DNA from: a virus
Taxonomy: Duplodnaviria > Caudoviricetes
DNA length: 33,977 nucleotides
Strand: one strand, 5' to 3'
Virus record (IMG/VR): IMGVR_UViG_3300017778_002626
Location: 1 to 33,977 of that record
Shown here: positions 16,302 through 25,091 of the stretch, in pieces
Numbering within the stretch: the first letter of the stretch is position 1
Layout: the number at the start of each line of letters is the position of its first letter
Made by a program: the position numbers and the translations under genes
Notes under the pieces: generated by a model
Told to the model about the DNA's origin: nothing
Database searches by the model: none
The model's input: only the letters and a program-made list of their open reading frames with translations

Positions 16302-16409
16302 TGATCTACCTCTCTACCTCAAAGTTTTGAGAATGGACCCGGCCCGCAGGAGGTAGGCTGCAAGCCGGGTTGATTCCAATTCCGCGCCGGGAGCTACCCG
16401 ACAAACCCA
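16302..16409 (-). ncRNA. Candidate cis-regulatory structured RNA
   Basis: Hairpins GUCGGG-UAGCU-CCCGGC and ACCCGGCUUGCAG-CCUACCUC-CUGCGGGCCGGGU; the loop is complementary to a doubled GAGGUAG at the downstream SD. Confidence 0.45.
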
Positions 16410-16844
16410 TTATACTCCGTTTTGCTTCAGCGTAGTAACGTCCCACTCTTCAAACATTAGATATGGGTAGCGCTGCCGAAATAGCTTCGCCTTGAGCTTG
16501 TACGCTTCCGTCCGCATTCCTTTGAAATCCACCACAACGATTTTGTTATCGCGGATAAAGCGGAAGTCCGGCACGTACTCCATAGCTCGCACCTTGCGCC
16601 CCGTGTCGTCAATGTAGCCATCCATGATGGTGTAGCGTGGTTGCCGCTCCAAACTCTGGATTGCCCCGATCTTATGCCATAGATTGAGCAACGCGAACGC
16701 CCGCGCCTCACCGGCAGAGTCGAACGTTACCCCGTCCACGGTTTTTTTCACCGCGTTGTACTTGTGCGCCTTCCTTTGGCCCGAGCTGGCCAGTGATGAT
16801 ATGCCAGCCCGAGCGCAAAGTTCCTGGTATTGCTTCTCAGTCAT
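16410..16844 (-). CDS. DUF1064 family PD-(D/E)xK nuclease-like protein
   Basis: HKYNAVKKTVDGVTFDSAGEA, LERQPRY, YVPDF, VVDFKGMRTEAYKLKAKLF. Confidence 0.85.
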   Translation of the reverse strand: MTEKQYQELCARAGISSLASSGQRKAHKYNAVKKTVDGVTFDSAGEARAFALLNLWHKIGAIQSLERQPRYTIMDGYIDDTGRKVRAMEYVPDFRFIRDNKIVVVDFKGMRTEAYKLKAKLFRQRYPYLMFEEWDVTTLKQNGV

Positions 16845-17391
16845 CCTGCGCGATTTCTTCAGCTTCCACGCCGTCTATTTGATCAACATCGGCACCCAGC
16901 AAAGGCGGTTGCTCTTCGTCCGTTGATGTTGCCGGCAGTTCTTCCTGCACCGGCGTTGGGTCGTAGCTAACCACGATGTTGGAGCTTGGCACCGCCCTCA
17001 TGTAGTTCGTCAGCAAACCGGCGCCATTCTCGTCCATAAACGCCACTGTGCACGTGATGTCCGTGCGCTTAATTCCGGCCTTTTTTGAGTCCTTGCCTTT
17101 CGCCGCCTGCCGAACAACTGCAAAGTTCTCCATGTAGCCGTGGCATTCAAGCTGAAAGCCGCGCCCGATCTGCGTCTCGTCGGTTGGTTTGAACTCAATC
17201 GTCCGAACCTCTACGCGGTTGTGCGGAACATCTGGTGACCATGTGCCGGTCATTTCCGGGAGTTCCTGAGCCCAGCCAAGCGCTTCCGCAATTCGATGGG
17301 AAAACGGGAATTTCAGCTTAAGCATCTGATCTCCCGGCGTGATAATAACGCTTTTAAGTGTTACCTGTTTTATTTTAAGTTTCTTTGGCAC
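16837..17391 (-). CDS. Hypothetical protein with acidic C-terminal tail
   Basis: AAGGAG SD before GTG; 184 aa. Confidence 0.65.
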   Translation of the reverse strand: MPKKLKIKQVTLKSVIITPGDQMLKLKFPFSHRIAEALGWAQELPEMTGTWSPDVPHNRVEVRTIEFKPTDETQIGRGFQLECHGYMENFAVVRQAAKGKDSKKAGIKRTDITCTVAFMDENGAGLLTNYMRAVPSSNIVVSYDPTPVQEELPATSTDEEQPPLLGADVDQIDGVEAEEIAQDD

Positions 17392-17426
17392 TTCGTCTCC
17401 TTTGTCGTTTTGGCACCCTGCCGGAA

Positions 17427-18116
17427 TTACTTGACCCTTACGTGAGATCCCAAAGGCGCGAGGATTGCCCCCGGAACGCCCTGCTTACCTGCACCGCCGC
17501 ACCCGATGCAATAGCCAAAGTCACCGGACTTGCCGGTACCACCGCAGCCGCCGCAAGGCTCCTGCAAACCGTTGTAGATGGCCGTCAGGTTCGGATCTTT
17601 CTTGCACTCCTGAAGCCCTGCGAGATCCGGCAACGCAGCGCAAACCTTTCGCCACAACTCCGCGTTCATCTTTACCGTCACCGTTCGGTACTCATCCGGT
17701 ATCAAAGACTCGTCGGTGATAACGACAGGTCGCCGGCCGCCATTACCTACTAGGCTGATACTTCCGGTTTTCCCTTCCAACTTGCGAGGCTTCCCGGCCC
17801 GGAACTCCATCTCTTCGAGCGTCACCAGAATGGCGCTCTTCAGGACGGTCAGTTGCCGGTCAAAGGCCTGAGCCCGGTCGTGCATGGTCCGAGCTTCGTC
17901 CTTCGCCGCGTCCCGCATCATTTCCAGATACTTCCACCAGCCGCGCACCCCGTCGACCTTCTGAACCTCTGCTTTGATGTAGTCGGAAATTGCAAGGTCT
18001 ACCTCCTGAAGCTCAACGAATGATTCGATACCTGACGCTTCCGGCACCGTCAGTTCTTCGCGTCGCTCAAACAGGTCTGCTAGTCCCTGCTCTATGTTCC
18101 ATAACGTCATGCTCAT
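17427..18116 (-). CDS. Siphovirus Gp157 family protein with inserted DnaJ-type zinc finger
   Basis: MTLWNI, KVDG, coiled coil, VVITDESLIPDEY, VPGA...HVRVK; two CxxCxGxG motifs. Confidence 0.8.
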   Translation of the reverse strand: MSMTLWNIEQGLADLFERREELTVPEASGIESFVELQEVDLAISDYIKAEVQKVDGVRGWWKYLEMMRDAAKDEARTMHDRAQAFDRQLTVLKSAILVTLEEMEFRAGKPRKLEGKTGSISLVGNGGRRPVVITDESLIPDEYRTVTVKMNAELWRKVCAALPDLAGLQECKKDPNLTAIYNGLQEPCGGCGGTGKSGDFGYCIGCGGAGKQGVPGAILAPLGSHVRVK

Positions 18117-18304
18117 GCTGCTAATTCCTCCGTAGTCAGCGGAAGTTGTGCAGGCTCCGCACCCGCACCCTTCCGCCCTTCCCTGCGCTTCGCCTGACGG
18201 TGCAAAAGTTCGCACGTATCAATCAGGCTCTCTTGTGTTTCGGTGTCCCAGTCCGCAAACTGGTCCAGCCATTCGTCTTTCGTTGATTTCCGAGGTCTTG
18301 CCAT
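18113..18304 (-). CDS. Small hypothetical protein (63 aa)
   Basis: AGGAG SD; MARPRKS...; ATGA overlap. Confidence 0.6.
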   Translation of the reverse strand: MARPRKSTKDEWLDQFADWDTETQESLIDTCELLHRQAKRREGRKGAGAEPAQLPLTTEELAA

Positions 18305-18314
18305 CGTTATTCTC

Positions 18315-18956
18315 CTACTTCTCAAACCGCTTCAGTGCTGCGTTCAGATCGCACACGCAGGCCTTGTAATCTTCCAGTTCCACGCGCTTCTTTTGGCCAA
18401 ACGCTTCCGCAATTCGGTCATACTCACGCACCGCTGTCGGCCCGCATTCAGTCAGGCGTTCCAGCAGGATCTCGCAAATGGCAGGAAATTTGTTGGTGTC
18501 GCGGTCGAGCCGATCCAGCCATCCGACAAGCTCGTTACCTCCAGCCTGTGGCATCGTGGCCGCCGGTTGCGGCCTTTGATGTTCATCAGCGTATTCCTGT
18601 CCCGCTGCTGAGTTTGCGTCATACTTTGACCAGCCTCCGTTGGGTAGCGCTTTCCCGTCCTCGCGCCGCTTCGGGAACAAGTTCTTTAGGTCCATGCTTT
18701 GACCAAACGAAAACTTAGCGTTACAGGCCATGCAGATCAGTTCGTAATAGTCGTAGCTCTTGCCAGCATTTTTCCCGGCCTTTGCTACCGACGTTCGAAC
18801 CCGATAATGCAGGTCGTCGGCCTGGCAGCATCCGCATCTGCTCTCCGCGTCAAACACTTCCTGAATGCCGGCAAGTTCGCTAAACAGATCCTTCGGTGTC
18901 GCGCCCTCGACGGCAAACTTCAGCCGCCCGTTAATGCTCGTGTACTCTGCTTTCAT
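18315..18956 (-). CDS. Zinc-ribbon-containing hypothetical protein (213 aa)
   Basis: Start ATG 18956; CGCC...CMAC, FGQ...LFPKR...GW. Confidence 0.65.
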   Translation of the reverse strand: MKAEYTSINGRLKFAVEGATPKDLFSELAGIQEVFDAESRCGCCQADDLHYRVRTSVAKAGKNAGKSYDYYELICMACNAKFSFGQSMDLKNLFPKRREDGKALPNGGWSKYDANSAAGQEYADEHQRPQPAATMPQAGGNELVGWLDRLDRDTNKFPAICEILLERLTECGPTAVREYDRIAEAFGQKKRVELEDYKACVCDLNAALKRFEK

Positions 18957-19219
18957 CGCTGCTCCCTCGCGGCCTTTGCCGCCTGTTTCCGTTGAACGTC
19001 TTTTACTGCATCCATTACCTGGTCGTAGCACCAATCGTACAGATCGGCGCTAACTTGGTTTACCTCATCCGCTGGACACTGAGCCTTTTGAGAGCAAAAG
19101 AAATCCATGCTCTGATAGTTTCCGAGGTTTAATTTGAACGCTACCGACCGAACGACTTCCACCAACCGAGTGTCCGGTACCGCGCCAGTTATCGTGCGTC
19201 CGTCTGGGCCTACAAGCAT
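18953..19219 (-). CDS. Hypothetical protein (88 aa)
   Basis: Overlap-coupled on both sides; KLNLGNYQS. Confidence 0.65.
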   Translation of the reverse strand: MLVGPDGRTITGAVPDTRLVEVVRSVAFKLNLGNYQSMDFFCSQKAQCPADEVNQVSADLYDWCYDQVMDAVKDVQRKQAAKAAREQR

Positions 19220-19683
19220 TTAGACAACCTGCTGGCTAACGCCGCCTTTATGATTATTGGCCCGATGCGGTCGATAATGGACGGCCAGTCCTCCGCACAA
19301 TCCAGCATCTGCGCGATATCGCACATAGCGTCGTAGGCCTCGTCCAGTTCTTTCGCGTTGGCCTTGCTGCGTTCCATCCATATGGTTCGCCCTGCTTGCG
19401 CGTCGAGCAGCCGCGATTTCAATTCTGCCAACCGGCCCCCTTCTTCGTAGTCCAGAATGCACTTAAAGCAAAGTTTCCCGGCTGTCGTCGCTACCAGACG
19501 GTCAGTGTAGAACTCGCGGACGCAGTGAGCGCAGCGTTCTTCCGTGTGGTCCAGACGTTCTTCGTGCCATTCTTCCGGCCCAAACTCTCGAGCGTCAACG
19601 TCTTTGGGGACTCGCGCAACCGGCGTTACTGCCGCGATCCAGCCCGCGACAATCGGTGCAAAAACAGGGTCAAGGTTTTCCAT
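19210..19683 (-). CDS. Hypothetical protein (Zn-finger-like plus coiled coil)
   Basis: AGGAGG SD; CAHC...CFKC. Confidence 0.65.
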   Translation of the reverse strand: MENLDPVFAPIVAGWIAAVTPVARVPKDVDAREFGPEEWHEERLDHTEERCAHCVREFYTDRLVATTAGKLCFKCILDYEEGGRLAELKSRLLDAQAGRTIWMERSKANAKELDEAYDAMCDIAQMLDCAEDWPSIIDRIGPIIIKAALASRLSKCL

Positions 19684-19712
19684 GTGGCCGCCCTCCTACA
19701 AGCGACATCTCT

Positions 19713-19735
19713 AGTATAGCATAACTAATGTTTTA
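19713..19735 (-). promoter_or_regulatory. Extended -10 promoter with overlapping palindromic operator
   Basis: TAAAACATTAGTTATG-C-TATACT. Confidence 0.65.
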
Positions 19736-19741
19736 CTGCGG

Positions 19742-20107
19742 TTAGCGAAATCGCTGAACCAGCAGCCATGCAACCGCAGGCGCAATGCCAAGCGGTTTCC
19801 GCGTGCCGTTTTTGTCGAGCTCTCTTCGCTTTACCTCTGCCAAGCCCTTGTCCCGCGTCACGGTTGAGCAGTAGACCGGTAGGCGTACCCAGCTATCGTC
19901 GCCGCGTGGTGGTGTCAGCGTATCCAGTAGCGCCGGTGCCGATTTCCCGACGCCAAACGCATCCTCCATGACGTCGCGGATAATACTGCTGATGCTCGTA
20001 GACGCTGTCCCGGTTGCCCGCAGCGCTGCCGCCGTCGCCAGCGGAATCTTCACGATCAGTGAGCAGGTGCCTTCCGGTAAACCAGATGCCTTACTTTTTT
20101 TTGCCAT
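19742..20107 (-). CDS. Putative tandem ribbon-helix-helix regulator (candidate repressor)
   Basis: SLIVKIPLATAAALR...SISSIIRDVMEDA and VRLPVYCS...IAPAVAWLL; flanked by matching operator-like sites. Confidence 0.5.
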   Translation of the reverse strand: MAKKSKASGLPEGTCSLIVKIPLATAAALRATGTASTSISSIIRDVMEDAFGVGKSAPALLDTLTPPRGDDSWVRLPVYCSTVTRDKGLAEVKRRELDKNGTRKPLGIAPAVAWLLVQRFR

Positions 20108-20113
20108 ACTCCA

Positions 20114-20132
20114 ACTATAGCATTACTAATGT
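20114..20132 (-). promoter_or_regulatory. Extended -10 promoter/operator giving a leaderless transcript
   Basis: ACATTAGTAATG-C-TATAGT, 6 nt before the ATG at 20107; 16/17 match to 19715-19731. Confidence 0.65.
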
Positions 20133-20137
20133 AAACC

Positions 20138-20770
20138 TTACTGGAGTATCAACGCCGCCGCCTTGTTTGTCACTTCTGGCGCTGGTCCACCTACCGGCAG
20201 ATTACAGGTCGCAGCCTGCGTAATAATCTGAGCGGTTAGAACGTCGATTGCTTGCCCGTTTGGCGATTCGTTTATCGGGCAGCGGCATGACGCCAGCATC
20301 ACGCCCGTCGGCTTGCCGTCTGGTCCGATTGCCTCGCCAGCACGGTCACAAGCGAACGAATAACACTGCGCCATGCCCTGGGGAACCGTGTTGCACACAT
20401 ACGGAGGAGCTGGCGTCTCATGCTGCCAGTCAGGAGCCTGCGGAATTTTGGTTCGAATTGAGTAAGCGCTCCAAACGCCCGTTTTGCCGTCTACAATGAC
20501 CGGGTCCACGCACTTGTTGCCCTCTGGCATGTTGCCGGTGCCGGGAGACGATACGGACGGCCCACGCATGATTGGACACAGGCAATCTGCCGCCTGCCAC
20601 GTCGTGACAGCGCCCATCGTGTTGACCGTAATTTGACCCTTTCCCAACGTACAATTTGTGGCAGCGCACAACGCATAATCATTTGTACAAACCTGCACTG
20701 GCACGGTTGCTACAGATCGTGAGCGACACGCAGACGTAATCAAAATGGCAAGCAATGCGGCGTATTTCAT
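20138..20770 (-). CDS. Cys-rich lipoprotein
   Basis: Signal peptide with lipobox-like ITSA-C15 and 12 further Cys in two repeats. Confidence 0.7.
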   Translation of the reverse strand: MKYAALLAILITSACRSRSVATVPVQVCTNDYALCAATNCTLGKGQITVNTMGAVTTWQAADCLCPIMRGPSVSSPGTGNMPEGNKCVDPVIVDGKTGVWSAYSIRTKIPQAPDWQHETPAPPYVCNTVPQGMAQCYSFACDRAGEAIGPDGKPTGVMLASCRCPINESPNGQAIDVLTAQIITQAATCNLPVGGPAPEVTNKAAALILQ

Positions 20771-20784
20771 TGTGGTTTTGTCCT

Positions 20785-21144
20785 TTAGGTCAGCAACGCT
20801 GAAACTAGTTCCATATCGGACGCCGAGATCGTCGCCCCGGCCAGCAGATCCACCGGCAACGGTTCGCAGTCCAACGTCACAATCTGCGCGAATACCGGAT
20901 CAGCTTCAAACGCTGCCGCAAACTCCGGTCGCACCATCCGCGCCGCGCCGTCGTTGACCGGAATGCTGTTCGCGTCTGTCATCAACGCTACACGTGCCGC
21001 CGCTGCTGCCCCGTATTCGGCTTCCAGAAGCCGCAGGATGCGTCGCAACTTCCACGCGCCCATCGCTGGTATAGGCTGTCCCGCCAGACGCTTCAGCGCC
21101 CCGGAATCGACTGCTAATAGAATCTCTTTGACTGTGATTGTCAT
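20785..21144 (-). CDS. Small phage protein after the tail gene (DUF1617-like, possible tail chaperone)
   Basis: ALKRLAGQPIPAMGAWKLRRILRLLEAEY; ATGA overlap. Confidence 0.55.
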   Translation of the reverse strand: MTITVKEILLAVDSGALKRLAGQPIPAMGAWKLRRILRLLEAEYGAAAAARVALMTDANSIPVNDGAARMVRPEFAAAFEADPVFAQIVTLDCEPLPVDLLAGATISASDMELVSALLT

Positions 21145-24100
21145 GATGCGTATTGAAACACTCCATTCGTAAATACCATTAACGTTTTGGTTGCCGGGTC
21201 AAAACTGTCACTGCCGCCAACCGCTTGCTGTGCCATTGAGTCCAATCCCAGATTAGCGCGAGCCGCTCCCGCGTTTGGAACGTCGCTCAGATTGTTTGCA
21301 ACTGTCAAATACGTCGCGCTGATATTGGGGATATCGGCTGCTACTAAAGCTCGAAAAGTTGCGCCAGAAGATGCGCCTGACGCAGGGCCAGCATAGATCG
21401 TGTTGGCAAAGCTGCTTGCTTGTGAGAGGGTGATACTGCCGGCTGATGTGACCGGAGAGCCGGAAACCGTAAACAACGCGGACAGGCCGCTGAGCGTAAT
21501 TCCCACGCTTGTGACAAACGAGAAACCAATATCTGCCGCAACTAACGCGCGAAAGGTCGGAACTGCTGCCACGCCTGCTGCTGGTCCAGCCAGCACGGTG
21601 TTTGCCGTTTGTGTGTTCCAGGCAATAGCCAAGGTGCCGGCAGACGTCACAGGAGAACCTGTCACCGCAAACTGAGTCGGAGCGGTGAGCGCCACGCTGG
21701 TCACTGTAGCCGTTGCCACACCAGCCGGTGACGCGCCCGCTACCACGGCCCCCGACGAACTGCCGCCAGATCCTCCGCCCATGCCTGCCCAGAAGTCCAG
21801 ATACGATCCGATGACACCGACGTTGATCACGGTCACCGTGTAGAGGTAGTGTCCCGCGTTCGCGCCTGCTGGCATTCCTGCTTGGTCCAGATAGGTGTCT
21901 ACCTCCACCAGCTTGCCCTGGACTTCCTGTATCACGTAATCGACGGGAGACGCCACGGACCCCACCAGCGCCGCGATCCCTACTGGCCGGTCTTCAAGAG
22001 CGATAGAAAGGTATTGCCCCGGTGTCAGCCCCGGAAAATAGGTGTCAAACGAGAACGATACCGGAAGTGTGGAATAGGCTTCCAAGGCCTGTTGCGCCGC
22101 CAGCAGCCCGGTTGGAGCGCTTGTGTTGTTTGTGTCGCTGATCTTCTGCTGGTATTTGCCCGTCCCGTCTTCAATTGCGGCCCGAGATTGCACGAGGTCG
22201 GTATCCTCTACCACGATGCAATCGCCGCCAAGCCGGTTGTATTCCACCTGCAAAAACCAACTAGAGTCTAGTGGTAACGTTAACAGCGAAATACCGGAGA
22301 TCTTCGGCCAGCCCGTCACGCTGGCAAGTTCAACGGACGCGCTGCCCGGTGTGTAATACAAGTTTGCGGTGTTGCTCGTGCCTTCCACTGCCACCTGCAG
22401 CGTTTCCGTCCCGAATGTGGTTGAGCCGCCCGCCGTCAACGCTGCTGACCATACGAAGTTCGTCGCGGATTCAGCCAGCGCTGCGATGTAGCCTTGTCCC
22501 GCGCTTTTGTTGCGAACAGTAAACACGCCAGCCGCAGGAGTATCCGCATTTAGCAGCGGGTTTTCCCACGTTGGCATCGAATACGTCAGGCCGCGTTGTG
22601 ACTCTTTTGCATTGATCGCGTAGACCAGATTCTGAGCACAATCCGCCGCTGTCGCACCAATCAGCACTTCGCCCCACTCTCGATTGTCCAGAGCCGTCAC
22701 GAACGTGTAAACCGTGTCAGCGAAATCGCCGCCGCCGCTGATCCCTTGATCAGTCCAAATGACTGTGCCATCTACTGTTGTGCTGCCCGAATAGTTCCAC
22801 GTCGGTTGCGCCCCGCCAGACGTGCCCGCTGTCGTCACCCTCTGTACGTGTCCCGCGGGATCAATGATGATTTGGCCAACGGTGTACGGTGCCAGTGCCG
22901 CCCAGTTGTAGAGAGAACCGCCAGCCGGGTAGGAAATAGTCACCGTGTCGCCGTCTGCCGGCAGTCCCGAGAATGTGCCCAGTGCCGTGTTCTGTGTGTT
23001 CTGTGTGACCCACGCCGCTACGATCTGAGTCGGCAATTCTCGCAGCGTGAAAGTGTCCGTTACGCTGTTGCCGGTGAACAGTTCCGAAGAGTTGGAAAAT
23101 GCGTTCTGAGAAATTTGGATAATTTGCCGATTGCGGAAGTCTTGCCGATTTTGTTCCCACTTCATGGAGTCCCAGTTGATATCCTCCGTGACCAGCGAGA
23201 ACGGTGAACTGGTCAGACTTGGAACGTGGAACTCAAGCTGCTGTGTAGCTGGGTCGACGTACCAGACAAACTGAGACGACGTGGCCAAATTGCTGATGAT
23301 TTCGGAGAGCGAAGTGTAGTCGGAGATCACCAGAGACGGGATAGTGGAGCCGCCTGAGATCGTGCCGAGCGTGATTGGTGAACCAGTCATCAGCGCGTTG
23401 AACAGGCTGGTAACAATAGACCCCGCCGTAACGTTAAGGAACGCCTGAGGAGGTACCAAGATCGCGTCCAGGCATTGCTCCAGAGACACCACGGAGCAGA
23501 GATACTTCCGGTATCCTGCTACGCCGTCCCATAATTCTTCAATCCGGTCAATCGTGCCGACGAATACCAGCGTAGTCGTTGTCGGCCCGACGTCGTAAAT
23601 AAACAACTGAGAACCCATTGTTGGCGAGTACGAATCACCAGCCGCCACGCGAATCGGCACCGTTGCCGTGCCCCGCTGCCGCATCATGAGCTGGAAGTCT
23701 GAGCCAGTTCCGCTAAAGTCAAGTCGTGCCGTCTGGTCGGTCAGGCCGCCAATAGGTTCATTGATGACCAGCCATGCCGTAGCGGGAACCGGTGGCACCG
23801 ACACAGACGCCATTGTCACAAACCCGATAACCGTGCCGTTCGCGTCGTTTGTCGTCCAGTTGACCGTAAGAGCCCCGGAGCCCGGGAACGATGGCACCCC
23901 GACGGCGGTAATCGTCTGAGTGTCGTTGTTGGCAATCTGAAGATAGTCCGAGCTGTACGAATGCGCGTTCGATGTTCCCGCGCCGTTCTCGTCCTGCACC
24001 GCCGTTGAAACTGAGGACGTCGCCGTATCACGTGCTGCAATTGACGCCCTAAGCCCGCCAGTGCCCGCGCCGCTCACCTTTGATGTCGTAGCATACAACG

Positions 24101-25022
24101 CCAGCCCAGGATTATATGCCAGCCCGCTCTTAACGGTTTGCGTTACCGGAGCTGCTGCCGTGCTTTTCGTGAAACTGCCCACCCACGCATCCGGCACCTG
24201 AAGACATAAGCTGACAGCTTGGAATGCGCCGCTGGGACTTGTCGGAAAGTTCAGCGTAAAGCCGCCGCCGTCGAAGCTTTTGAACGTTCCGCGCAGCGTA
24301 TCCGCCCCAATTCCAGACAGCCCGAGAACGCAGCCTTTCGCAGCCGACGCACCGCTGGGACTGGAGAACTTTGAAAACGCTGCCGAGGTGCCCACGTTGT
24401 CCGAACTGAACAGCGACTGAAACCACTGCCCCGTTTCGGTCGCGCCCACGCTGTCCGTGGCGTTCGGCCCCATGCACCCAAACCCAAACGCCGCGCCGGT
24501 TGCTCCCGCTGGTAGTGCCGCCGTAACGGCCCCCGCGTGCAAATGAAACACGAGGTTCGGTTCCCACGTCAGGCCCGTTACCACCGCATCGCCAGACGTC
24601 GGCATGTTCCAGTTGATCGTCTGCGATAGTGGCGCTTCGGTAGCCGTAAACGCGATGTAGTTGACCACGTAGCCGGTGGCCGCTGTGTTGGTCGTCCAGT
24701 CCACGGTGAACCCGTCAGTATCGATTGTTAGGTGTCCCAGAGATTCGACGGCCCCGGAGTTGGTGACAAAGTTAAGAGCTTCGTCCGCAAAGTACCGCGC
24801 CGTGTTGCTGGTGCCAGCAGCATCCTGAATCGCCGCGCAGACTGAGTACCCGCCGCCAAACGGTGACCACACCCCGGCCATCTGCTTGATGCCAGCTTGC
24901 CACGTTGCCGCTGATGTGTTGCCGGCGCTGAAGAAGATTATGCACGATGCCTGAAACCCCAGCCCAGTGATGGCCTGAGTTGTGACCGTGCTTGATTTCG
25001 TAAACGATCCTGAGAATGCCAT
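21141..25022 (-). CDS. Large multidomain tail-tip/fibre protein
   Basis: Follows the tape measure gene; T/G/S/A-rich; hub-like middle; CBM-like WAALAPYTVGQ insert; fibre motif NNLSDVPNAGAARANLGL. Confidence 0.8.
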   Translation of the reverse strand: MAFSGSFTKSSTVTTQAITGLGFQASCIIFFSAGNTSAATWQAGIKQMAGVWSPFGGGYSVCAAIQDAAGTSNTARYFADEALNFVTNSGAVESLGHLTIDTDGFTVDWTTNTAATGYVVNYIAFTATEAPLSQTINWNMPTSGDAVVTGLTWEPNLVFHLHAGAVTAALPAGATGAAFGFGCMGPNATDSVGATETGQWFQSLFSSDNVGTSAAFSKFSSPSGASAAKGCVLGLSGIGADTLRGTFKSFDGGGFTLNFPTSPSGAFQAVSLCLQVPDAWVGSFTKSTAAAPVTQTVKSGLAYNPGLALYATTSKVSGAGTGGLRASIAARDTATSSVSTAVQDENGAGTSNAHSYSSDYLQIANNDTQTITAVGVPSFPGSGALTVNWTTNDANGTVIGFVTMASVSVPPVPATAWLVINEPIGGLTDQTARLDFSGTGSDFQLMMRQRGTATVPIRVAAGDSYSPTMGSQLFIYDVGPTTTTLVFVGTIDRIEELWDGVAGYRKYLCSVVSLEQCLDAILVPPQAFLNVTAGSIVTSLFNALMTGSPITLGTISGGSTIPSLVISDYTSLSEIISNLATSSQFVWYVDPATQQLEFHVPSLTSSPFSLVTEDINWDSMKWEQNRQDFRNRQIIQISQNAFSNSSELFTGNSVTDTFTLRELPTQIVAAWVTQNTQNTALGTFSGLPADGDTVTISYPAGGSLYNWAALAPYTVGQIIIDPAGHVQRVTTAGTSGGAQPTWNYSGSTTVDGTVIWTDQGISGGGDFADTVYTFVTALDNREWGEVLIGATAADCAQNLVYAINAKESQRGLTYSMPTWENPLLNADTPAAGVFTVRNKSAGQGYIAALAESATNFVWSAALTAGGSTTFGTETLQVAVEGTSNTANLYYTPGSASVELASVTGWPKISGISLLTLPLDSSWFLQVEYNRLGGDCIVVEDTDLVQSRAAIEDGTGKYQQKISDTNNTSAPTGLLAAQQALEAYSTLPVSFSFDTYFPGLTPGQYLSIALEDRPVGIAALVGSVASPVDYVIQEVQGKLVEVDTYLDQAGMPAGANAGHYLYTVTVINVGVIGSYLDFWAGMGGGSGGSSSGAVVAGASPAGVATATVTSVALTAPTQFAVTGSPVTSAGTLAIAWNTQTANTVLAGPAAGVAAVPTFRALVAADIGFSFVTSVGITLSGLSALFTVSGSPVTSAGSITLSQASSFANTIYAGPASGASSGATFRALVAADIPNISATYLTVANNLSDVPNAGAARANLGLDSMAQQAVGGSDSFDPATKTLMVFTNGVFQYAS

Positions 25023-25051
25023 ATATCAAATCACCATCTTTTCATCATGCG

Positions 25052-25091
25052 AAAGTTTCCCAAAGTTTCCCAAAGTTTCCCAAAGTTTCCC
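25052..25091. repeat. Perfect tandem repeat (AAAGTTTCCC)x4
   Basis: Read directly; overlaps the palindrome TTTCCCATGGGAAA (25086-25099); intergenic. Confidence 0.95.
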
